From an uncultured Gammaproteobacteria bacterium (GTDB lineage Bacteria > Patescibacteriota > Microgenomatia > Daviesbacterales > UBA10151), in contig CAZFVS010000028.1 in assembly GCA_964522265.1 (NCBI GenBank), positions 1 through 6,209 of the forward strand: 6,209 nt of DNA, given 5' to 3'. The translations under genes and the position numbers were made by a program. Positions within the stretch are counted from its first letter, which is position 1; each line of letters opens with the position of its first letter. The notes under the pieces were generated by a model, which did no database searches, was not told the DNA's origin, and saw nothing but the letters and a program-made list of their open reading frames with translations. Of the stretch, positions 1 through 5,126 are shown piece after piece.

Positions 1-519
1 TTTGTCTTTTTCCAGTTTTTCTTTCTGGGCAAGCAGATCAACAATCTCATCCGTAATGGAGATTATTACTTTCTGGTCCTCCCGGGTTGCGGCAAGACGG
101 TAAGAAAGCTCCCGGAAAATACTGGCTGAGGACTGCGAGGAAAATAAAACAGTGAGCGGGTTTGTATGATATGAGCGTATATAGTAGGAGCGTACCCTCT
201 GTTCTAGTAAAACCTGTTGTATTGCTATCTTCTCCATCCTGGCATTAAGATCCTTTTCTTTCTGGGAAATTTTATACGAAAGGCTGTAAAGAGAAGCCTG
301 TATCTGGGTAAGCTGGCGTTTTAAAGAATCGAGCTGGCCCTCTAGAGGTTTTGTGGCGCTAATGGATTGTTCCCTGGCTTTATTTAATTCAGTGATCTGT
401 TTTTGCAGGTCCTCAACTTCATCGGCATAGGCTGAAGTAAAAAGTAAAAAGGAAAAAGCGAGCAAAGCTCCTGCTGTTGCAGTAAAAAGCAGGATGACAG
501 GCAGAAAGAATTTTTTCAT
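1..519 (-). CDS. N-terminal part, truncated at the left edge, of a secreted or membrane-anchored coiled-coil protein. It resembles the PcsB/EnvC-type N-terminal region of a cell-wall hydrolase or hydrolase activator.
   Basis: This ORF is not in the supplied track because it is truncated. My hand translation of the minus strand from the ATG at 519-517 stays open to base 1 (173 codons): MKKFFLPVILLFTATAGALLAFSFLLFTSAYADEVEDLQKQITELNKAREQSISATKPLEGQLDSLKRQLTQIQASLYSLSYKISQKEKDLNARMEKIAIQQVLLEQRVRSYYIRSYHTNPLTVLFSSQSSASIFRELSYRLAATREDQKVIISITDEIVDLLAQKEKLEKDK. It has a hydrophobic signal or anchor followed by long Q/E/K/L-rich heptad-like stretches. It starts 9 nt after the stop of the upstream minus-strand gene. 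The catalytic domain, if any, lies outside the window, so the family call rests on pattern recognition only. Confidence 0.7.
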   Translation of the reverse strand, partial: MKKFFLPVILLFTATAGALLAFSFLLFTSAYADEVEDLQKQITELNKAREQSISATKPLEGQLDSLKRQLTQIQASLYSLSYKISQKEKDLNARMEKIAIQQVLLEQRVRSYYIRSYHTNPLTVLFSSQSSASIFRELSYRLAATREDQKVIISITDEIVDLLAQKEKLEKDK

Positions 520-528
520 TAACCTATT

Positions 529-1641
529 TTACCACTCAAAATCTCTTTTGGGGGAGGGGTTTAGGAAAAGCAACCAGGTGTTGAATATAAAAAGACCTAT
601 TCCAACAAACCAGGCTAAATTAAATTCCTTGGCAAATGGCAAAAGCAAAAGCACTAATACAGGCAGCCATTTTTTCTGGTTCATTAAAATAAAGATCGGC
701 AGAAGCAGGATCGCAGAATCATGCGTCAGGGAGTGAACAGAAAATAAAATCGCACACAAAGTTATGAAAACAAATATTCTGTCAAAACTTAAAAATTTCT
801 TTCTAAAAACAAAAAGGACAAAAAAAGTAAGGTATAAAAAAAAGTTTAAAACTGCTGATTTGTCTCCAAAACCAACCATCTTCAGGGCTGAATCAAGGGT
901 GTAGTAATGCCAGATCCTGCTTCCGTATATAGGGTTTTCTGTTGCTGCAATAAAATGCGGGTATTTAGCCAGGCCTGTAAAACCTGACACTAAAAAACTG
1001 ACTGCCAGGATAACCAGCGCGGATACTATCAAACCCATCAGAAAACTTTTACCTTTTGAAAGGAGAAAAAGAAACGGGGTTATTAAAAGATATTGGGGTT
1101 TAAAAAGAAGCAATCCTATTATTAATCCTGCAGAAAAATACCTTCCTTTTTTATAAAAAAGGTAGACCAGAAAAAAAACCAGTGACAAAAAAAGGGATAT
1201 CTGGCCTAAAATAAAGTTTTGTATAACCGGCCAATATAACAAAGGTATAAGAGAGAAAAATATTGGTTGTCTAATATTTATAAAAAGTTTTCTGGACAGA
1301 TACCCGATAAACAAAACCGCCCCCATGTTTAAAAAACCCAGTAATAAATAGGCATTACCAAAAGAAAATAGGGTAAACGGAATAAAAAACAGGGCTACAA
1401 AAGGAGGGTTGCGGTAAGGAAGAAGCTTGACAGAGAGGTTTTGTGAGAAGGGTTTCTGGTATTTGCCTTGGGTTTTTTCATCATATAAAAACCTTCCTTC
1501 GCCGTTTCTTACAATCAGAGCTCCTGTGTAAAAACTAATAAAATCTGTTCCTTGGACTCCATTTTTGGCAATAGCAAGCAAAACAAGTGTCAGGAATAAA
1601 ACCATTGTTAAAAAAACGCTCTTTAAAAAAAGATTGAACAT
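529..1641 (-). CDS. Polytopic integral membrane protein, probably a GT-C fold glycosyltransferase of the GT87/DUF2029 type (370 aa).
   Basis: The ORF is complete (ATG 1641-1639, TAA 531-529). The protein is hydrophobic throughout, with roughly 9-11 predicted helices. After the first helix comes the loop GTDFISFYTGALIVRNGEGRFLYD, which resembles the acidic first-loop signature of DUF2029/GT87 mannosyltransferase-like proteins. An AGGGA lies 9 nt upstream of the ATG. The family assignment comes from motif memory, not from a search. Confidence 0.6.
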   Translation of the reverse strand: MFNLFLKSVFLTMVLFLTLVLLAIAKNGVQGTDFISFYTGALIVRNGEGRFLYDEKTQGKYQKPFSQNLSVKLLPYRNPPFVALFFIPFTLFSFGNAYLLLGFLNMGAVLFIGYLSRKLFINIRQPIFFSLIPLLYWPVIQNFILGQISLFLSLVFFLVYLFYKKGRYFSAGLIIGLLLFKPQYLLITPFLFLLSKGKSFLMGLIVSALVILAVSFLVSGFTGLAKYPHFIAATENPIYGSRIWHYYTLDSALKMVGFGDKSAVLNFFLYLTFFVLFVFRKKFLSFDRIFVFITLCAILFSVHSLTHDSAILLLPIFILMNQKKWLPVLVLLLLPFAKEFNLAWFVGIGLFIFNTWLLFLNPSPKRDFEW

Positions 1642-1684
1642 TTACTTTTGTCCCTGATTTAATTAATCTCAAACTTATGGTCAA
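1634..1684. promoter_or_regulatory. Candidate back-to-back divergent promoter region, with each -35-like hexamer lying in the first codons of the opposite gene.
   Basis: On the plus strand, TTGAAC (1634-1639) is followed 18 nt later by TTTAAT (1658-1663), ahead of the ATG at 1677. On the minus strand, TTGACC (complement of 1679-1684) is followed 16 nt later by TTAAAT (complement of 1657-1662), ahead of the ATG at 1641. The palindrome TTAATTAA lies at 1659-1666. All matches are imperfect and the background is AT-rich. Confidence 0.3.
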
Positions 1685-3158
1685 GTATACAGTTTTAATC
1701 TTTGCAGTCTACACGTTATTTGTCATTAAAGGTGCAATCATGCTTGACCCTGATTTTGGGGAACATATCAGAATGGGTCAAATCATTCTCTCACAGGGTA
1801 TCCCTAAAACAGACCAATTCTCATATACTATGTCAAACTACCCGCATATTTACCATGAGTGGTTTATTGGGTCTGTTATTGCCTGGTTTTATCCATTTTT
1901 AGACATGTGGGGGTTGTCGGCAATTTTTGCCATTTTCCCAACCCTGGCTCTTGTCATTTCAATTCCCAAAAAACCTTTCAAGTTTTTTTTAGGCCCCTTG
2001 CTTTTATCAGCTTCCATCCTTTTAGTTTACTCAGGAATAAGACCACAGGTAATTTCCTGGTTTTTTCTGGCAATCCTTTTAAAAGTGATCTTTGATGAAA
2101 AATTATGGGAAAAAACCCGCTTTTTTGTACCTGTCCTTTTTCTTGTTTGGACAAACCTGCACGGCAGTTTTGGGTTGGGGATAATTATTTTATTTATTTC
2201 TTTTCTGATCCAATCCTGGGAACGGAAAAAAATTGATACGCTGGGTTTCCTGGTTTGTTTGATCAGTTTTATTGCAACTTTTATAAACCCTTACGGCAAA
2301 GGCTTATGGTATGAATTCTGGCAAACCTCATCTGACAGCTCTCTGCGGTGGTATATCCAGGAGTGGAAAATCATGCTTTTACAATTTGATTTTGCATATT
2401 TTTTCCTGGTAGCGCTTTCAACCAGCCTGATAATAAGATATAGGGAAAAATTCACCCTGCAGCAGGTGTTTTTATTTTTTATTTTTCTCTTTGCAGGTTT
2501 CTTAAGTGTCCGGAATATCCCGCTCTGGATCATAGTTTCACTGCCAATTACCATAACAGGGATCAAAAACTTTCATGAGGAAGCTTCTAAAAATAAATTT
2601 TCACTGATGAGATTTAATAGGGTTTACAAAATTTTCCTTCTTTCATCCGTACTTATATTCATAGGCCAGAGTTACCAGATCTTCAAACAGCTTAATCTTT
2701 ACTCAGAGGAACTTTCATACCCTAAAAAAGCTGTTGTTTTTTTAAAGACACAACAGTTTAACCATATTTTTAACCTGTATGACTGGGGTGGATATTTAGA
2801 CTGGAAAATGCCTGAAAAAAAGGTTTTTATAGACGGGAGGATGCCCAGCTGGAGGTGGAAAGCACCAAACAGCCTGGAAAGTGATTATATTTTCAAGGAA
2901 TACCTTAAAGTTTCAGGAGGACAGGATATCCAAAAGATTTTTGATAAATACAAAGTTGATATTGTCCTCTGGCCAACACAGGCTGAAACTGATCCAAAGA
3001 CTAAACCAAAAAACTGGTTTGAAAAAATTCAGTATGATCTGTTAAAAAAGATCCCTGAAGAAAATATCGGAGGCAAAACCTTTATTGAGCAGCTTAAAAG
3101 TATGGGCTGGAAAGAGGTTTATAAAGATGATGTGGCAGTAATTTATAAAAAACCATAA
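1677..3158 (+). CDS. Large polytopic membrane protein with a C-terminal soluble domain. It is a GT-C-like (ArnT/PMT-style) glycosyltransferase candidate (493 aa).
   Basis: The ORF runs from ATG 1677 to TAA 3156-3158. The first helix (YTVLIFAVYTLFVIKGAIML) is followed directly by an acidic loop, DPDFGEHIRMGQ, which is the DxD-type first-loop arrangement typical of GT-C enzymes. About 10 further helices follow, and then a hydrophilic tail of ~150 aa (YSEELSYPKKAV...KDDVAVIYKKP). An alternative start at ATG 1740 has an AAGGTG 5 nt upstream but would remove helix 1. The exact family is undetermined. Confidence 0.55.
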   Translation: MVKYTVLIFAVYTLFVIKGAIMLDPDFGEHIRMGQIILSQGIPKTDQFSYTMSNYPHIYHEWFIGSVIAWFYPFLDMWGLSAIFAIFPTLALVISIPKKPFKFFLGPLLLSASILLVYSGIRPQVISWFFLAILLKVIFDEKLWEKTRFFVPVLFLVWTNLHGSFGLGIIILFISFLIQSWERKKIDTLGFLVCLISFIATFINPYGKGLWYEFWQTSSDSSLRWYIQEWKIMLLQFDFAYFFLVALSTSLIIRYREKFTLQQVFLFFIFLFAGFLSVRNIPLWIIVSLPITITGIKNFHEEASKNKFSLMRFNRVYKIFLLSSVLIFIGQSYQIFKQLNLYSEELSYPKKAVVFLKTQQFNHIFNLYDWGGYLDWKMPEKKVFIDGRMPSWRWKAPNSLESDYIFKEYLKVSGGQDIQKIFDKYKVDIVLWPTQAETDPKTKPKNWFEKIQYDLLKKIPEENIGGKTFIEQLKSMGWKEVYKDDVAVIYKKP

Positions 3159-3166
3159 AAAACTGG

Positions 3167-3188
3167 CCGCTTTTCTAAAATTGTGCTA
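3167..3188 (+). repeat. Left copy of an imperfect 22-bp direct repeat flanking the DUF433/DUF5615 cassette.
   Basis: The left copy is ccgcttttctaaaattgtgcta (3167-3188) and the right copy is ccgcttttctaaagttgtacca (3811-3832). They match at 19 of 22 positions, and the first 13 nt are identical. Sequence outside the repeat is unrelated on both sides. Confidence 0.7.
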
Positions 3189-3192
3189 TAAT
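3184..3192 (+). promoter_or_regulatory. Extended -10 promoter element (TGcTATAAT) positioned for a leaderless DUF433 transcript.
   Basis: The sequence tgctataat at 3184-3192 contains a perfect TATAAT (3187-3192) preceded by TGn. The ATG at 3200 begins 8 nt after the hexamer, which is where transcription would be expected to start. There is no Shine-Dalgarno motif in between and no good -35 element (tggccg). Confidence 0.5.
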
Positions 3193-3199
3193 TAATATT

Positions 3200-3469
3200 A
3201 TGAAAAGTTTGATTACCCATAATCCAGAAATTTTAGGCGGCAAACCAATTATCGCTGGCACAAGGATGTCTGTTGAGGTTCTCTTAGAATTTTTAGCTGG
3301 TGGGATGGAAATCAAAGAAGTATTAAAAGAATTTCCATTTCTAACCAGAGAACAGATAGAAGCAGCTATCAGCTTTGCTGCAAAAAAGGTTGGAGCAAAA
3401 AAAAGTTATTCTTCTGATGAAAATTCTGCTCCCCAAGCAATTCCTCATGAGATTTCTCGCAGACGTTAA
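3200..3469 (+). CDS. DUF433 (COG2442-type) small DNA-binding protein, the putative antitoxin (89 aa).
   Basis: The segment HNPEILGGKPIIAGTRMSVEVLLEFLAGGMEIKEVLKEFPFLTREQIEAAISFAAK matches the DUF433 signature (P-x-I-x-x-GKP-x-I-x-GTR, then a helix-turn-helix-like G-x-x-x-x-E-[IV]-L-x-x-[YF]P-x-L-T-x-E-x-I-x-A-A). The gene lies immediately upstream of a DUF5615 gene, which is the canonical pairing. It has an unusual ~25-aa hydrophilic tail that overlaps the next gene. Confidence 0.85.
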   Translation: MKSLITHNPEILGGKPIIAGTRMSVEVLLEFLAGGMEIKEVLKEFPFLTREQIEAAISFAAKKVGAKKSYSSDENSAPQAIPHEISRRR

Positions 3470-3797
3470 TATCACCCAAACTTTAATTAAATTCCTGCGT
3501 TCAAAAAACCACAATGTATTAGATATTAAGGTATTTGATCAAAAAATTTCTGATGTAGAAATAATAAAACTTGCCTTAAAAGAAGGGAGAATAATATTAA
3601 CTCACGATAAAGACTTTGAAGTGTTAAGTAAGTACCCAAAATATCATGTTGGTATTATTAAAATTAGGTTGAAAATACAAAATTCGCCACATTTTTGTGA
3701 AAGGATAAACTTTTTGTTAAAGCAAAAAAGTGAAAAGGTGCTTCACGGTTCGTTAACAATACTCGAAGAAAACTCTAATGATTCTTATCCTTATTAA
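3447..3797 (+). CDS. DUF5615 (Mut7-C/PIN-like, COG4634-type) protein, the putative toxin nuclease (116 aa).
   Basis: From ATG 3447 the product reads MRFLADVNITQTLIKFLRSKNHNVLDIKVFDQKISDVEIIKLALKEGRIILTHDKDFEVL.... This fits the DUF5615 pattern (M-x-F-L-x-D-x-N near the N-terminus, S/D-D-x-E-I, then T-x-D-x-D-F), and the acidic residues are retained. The track ORF begins at 3375. ATG 3417 and ATG 3447 are both in frame, and I chose 3447 because family members begin at this motif. This start gives a 23-nt out-of-frame overlap with the DUF433 gene. Confidence 0.8.
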   Translation: MRFLADVNITQTLIKFLRSKNHNVLDIKVFDQKISDVEIIKLALKEGRIILTHDKDFEVLSKYPKYHVGIIKIRLKIQNSPHFCERINFLLKQKSEKVLHGSLTILEENSNDSYPY

Positions 3798-3810
3798 CCT
3801 TTCCAATTAC

Positions 3811-3832
3811 CCGCTTTTCTAAAGTTGTACCA
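3811..3832 (+). repeat. Right copy of the 22-bp direct repeat flanking the DUF433/DUF5615 cassette.
   Basis: This copy, ccgcttttctaaagttgtacca, lies 644 bp downstream of the left copy. Its 3' part supplies the -35-like TTGTAC of the candidate promoter for the pilin-like operon. Confidence 0.7.
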
Positions 3833-3853
3833 AAGCTTGCCCTGCTTTAAAAT
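3825..3853 (+). promoter_or_regulatory. Candidate sigma70-type promoter for the pilin-like operon.
   Basis: TTGTAC (3825-3830) is followed by a 17-nt spacer and then TAAAAT (3848-3853). This would give a leader of roughly 45 nt before the ATG at 3906. The exact 9-mer caaagcttg occurs at 3831-3839 and at 3864-3872, on either side of the -10 element. Confidence 0.4.
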
Positions 3854-3905
3854 GCATGGTAAGCAAAGCTTGATATTCACTGTCGTTCATATTAAGCTGG
3901 GGTTA

Positions 3906-5120
3906 ATGCCCAAAATACTCTCCATATTACTTATATTCATATTAACTTTTTCCTATTTAAAACCTGCAGCAGCTGATACTAACCAGTGTTCTACTACCAC
4001 AGTATATGAGGGACAAGCAATACCAGCATTAGTTCAAAACATACCTCCTATGAGTAAAGAGACACCAGACAACAAAAGATGGGTAGTATTTAAGATTATT
4101 GCAAGCAAAGACCCTAAAAATAGAGATATCAATACAAAATATAAGGTTATTTTCGACTATGGTGCACTTGGTACAGGAGAAACCTCTAGAGATAATTTAT
4201 CTGTAGATAACGAAGGAGCTCTTATAGACGATAAGGGAAACTATCCTGGAATCAAATATGATCCTGCAGCAGGAACTTCATTGTTTCAGCCTGGTAAACA
4301 TAATATAGATGTAGAAAGAAAAGGGGTTAGTGGAACATATTGCAAAGGTACATACGAAGTACTTAAAGATGCTTCAGGTGGTATTAAAGATTGCAAATTA
4401 GATTTTCAACCACCAAATCCAGATGAGAATAAAGAAATTACAGTAAGAGGAACAGTAGATCCACCCGGATCATATCAATTAAGGGTAGAATCCAAAAAAT
4501 CATTTAATCTTGAAGTTAATTCAGAAGGGAAAATACAACCTATTAATATAGGAAAATTTAACCCAAGGCAAAATCCATATGCAATAGCTTTACAAACTCA
4601 GCAACTAGATATGGCTTCTAGTGTTATTTCAGGTTTTCCTGTATTCAGTTTCCAGGATACTAATTGTATATATCAAGTACAAATCGCTATTAGTGGAGGC
4701 TCTGGAGTTGTCACCCAACCAATTCAACCAGGCCCGCCTAAACCTGGTTCAGGAGGTGGTAGAACGGGTGTGGATTGCTCTAAAGAACCATCAGGATGCT
4801 CAACTTCTGCAGGGGAATTTTGTGACCCTCCTGCTAATACTCAGATAAAAACTGCCATTGGGTGTATCCCTACTGAACCATCAGCGCTGGTTGGAGGGCT
4901 TTTGAGGTTTGCTGCAGGAGGAGCAGGAGGGATTGCACTTTTACTGATGATTTTTGGGGCTTTCAGAATGGTTACCTCTGCTGGTAACCCGGAAAGCTTA
5001 AAAGCCGGCCAGGAACAATTCACAGCAGCTGTTATCGGGCTTTTGTTTATTATTTTTGCAGTATTATTGCTACAGATTATCGGGGTTGATATACTGGGAT
5101 TGCCTGGGTTCACCAAATAA
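3906..5120 (+). CDS. Secreted multi-domain protein: signal peptide, ~280-aa Cys-containing extracellular region, Pro/Gly linker, and a C-terminal VirB2/TrbC-like pilin hairpin (404 aa).
   Basis: I set the start at ATG 3906, which gives MPKILSILLIFILTFSYLKPAAA|DT, a classic Sec signal with an AxA site and GGGG 4 nt upstream. The track's TTG 3825 start adds a non-signal-like extension. The mature region has 8 Cys and is rich in beta-strand-type residues. The linker QPIQPGPPKPGSGGGRTG spans about 4716-4769. The C-terminus, from about 4845, reads IKTAIGCIPTEPSALVGGLLRFAAGGAGGIALLLMIFGAFRMVTSAGNPESLKAGQEQFTAAVIGLLFIIFAVLLLQIIG. This is helix-loop-helix with the same loop motif as the three downstream genes. 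Confidence 0.8.
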   Translation: MPKILSILLIFILTFSYLKPAAADTNQCSTTTVYEGQAIPALVQNIPPMSKETPDNKRWVVFKIIASKDPKNRDINTKYKVIFDYGALGTGETSRDNLSVDNEGALIDDKGNYPGIKYDPAAGTSLFQPGKHNIDVERKGVSGTYCKGTYEVLKDASGGIKDCKLDFQPPNPDENKEITVRGTVDPPGSYQLRVESKKSFNLEVNSEGKIQPINIGKFNPRQNPYAIALQTQQLDMASSVISGFPVFSFQDTNCIYQVQIAISGGSGVVTQPIQPGPPKPGSGGGRTGVDCSKEPSGCSTSAGEFCDPPANTQIKTAIGCIPTEPSALVGGLLRFAAGGAGGIALLLMIFGAFRMVTSAGNPESLKAGQEQFTAAVIGLLFIIFAVLLLQIIGVDILGLPGFTK

Positions 5121-5126
5121 TCCAAT

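Noticed and set aside
494-736. An 80-aa plus-strand ORF from the track.
   Set aside because: It lies antisense across the junction of two well-supported minus-strand genes (the stop at 529-531 and the start at 519). Its product is low-complexity and basic, with no recognisable motif. I treat it as a shadow ORF.
1740-1742. An internal ATG with a good AAGGTG Shine-Dalgarno-like motif, as an alternative start of the 493-aa gene.
   Set aside because: It would delete the first transmembrane helix that positions the acidic DPDFGEH loop outside the membrane, which is the arrangement expected for GT-C enzymes. I kept 1677 and flagged the uncertainty.
1702-2095. Two plus-strand ORFs (1702-1902 and 1859-2095) in alternative frames.
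   Set aside because: Both lie entirely inside the 493-aa membrane-protein ORF in other frames. The long ORF has a coherent transmembrane helix periodicity and these do not.
2291-2566. A 91-aa minus-strand ORF.
   Set aside because: It is antisense to the 493-aa ORF, has no start context or motif, and shows the composition typical of a shadow frame of a hydrophobic gene.
3156-3199. Intrinsic terminators after the genes ending at 3158, 3797 and 6114.
   Set aside because: I looked for GC-rich hairpins followed by T-runs in each spacer and found none. Only short AT-rich or 6-bp palindromes are present, so no terminator is called.
3375-3446. Upstream in-frame starts (ATG 3375 and ATG 3417) for the DUF5615 gene.
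   Set aside because: Family members begin at the M-x-F-L-x-D motif, which here is ATG 3447. A start at 3375 would overlap the conserved part of DUF433 by 95 nt. ATG 3417 remains a possible alternative (see the A8/TGATGA finding).
3825-3905. The track's TTG start at 3825, and an in-frame ATG at 3852, for the first pilin-operon gene.
   Set aside because: The extension MYQSLPCFKMHGKQSLIFTVVHIKLGL would bury an otherwise textbook signal peptide that begins at ATG 3906. The region also contains the repeat and the promoter-like elements. I cannot exclude ATG 3852 without experimental data.
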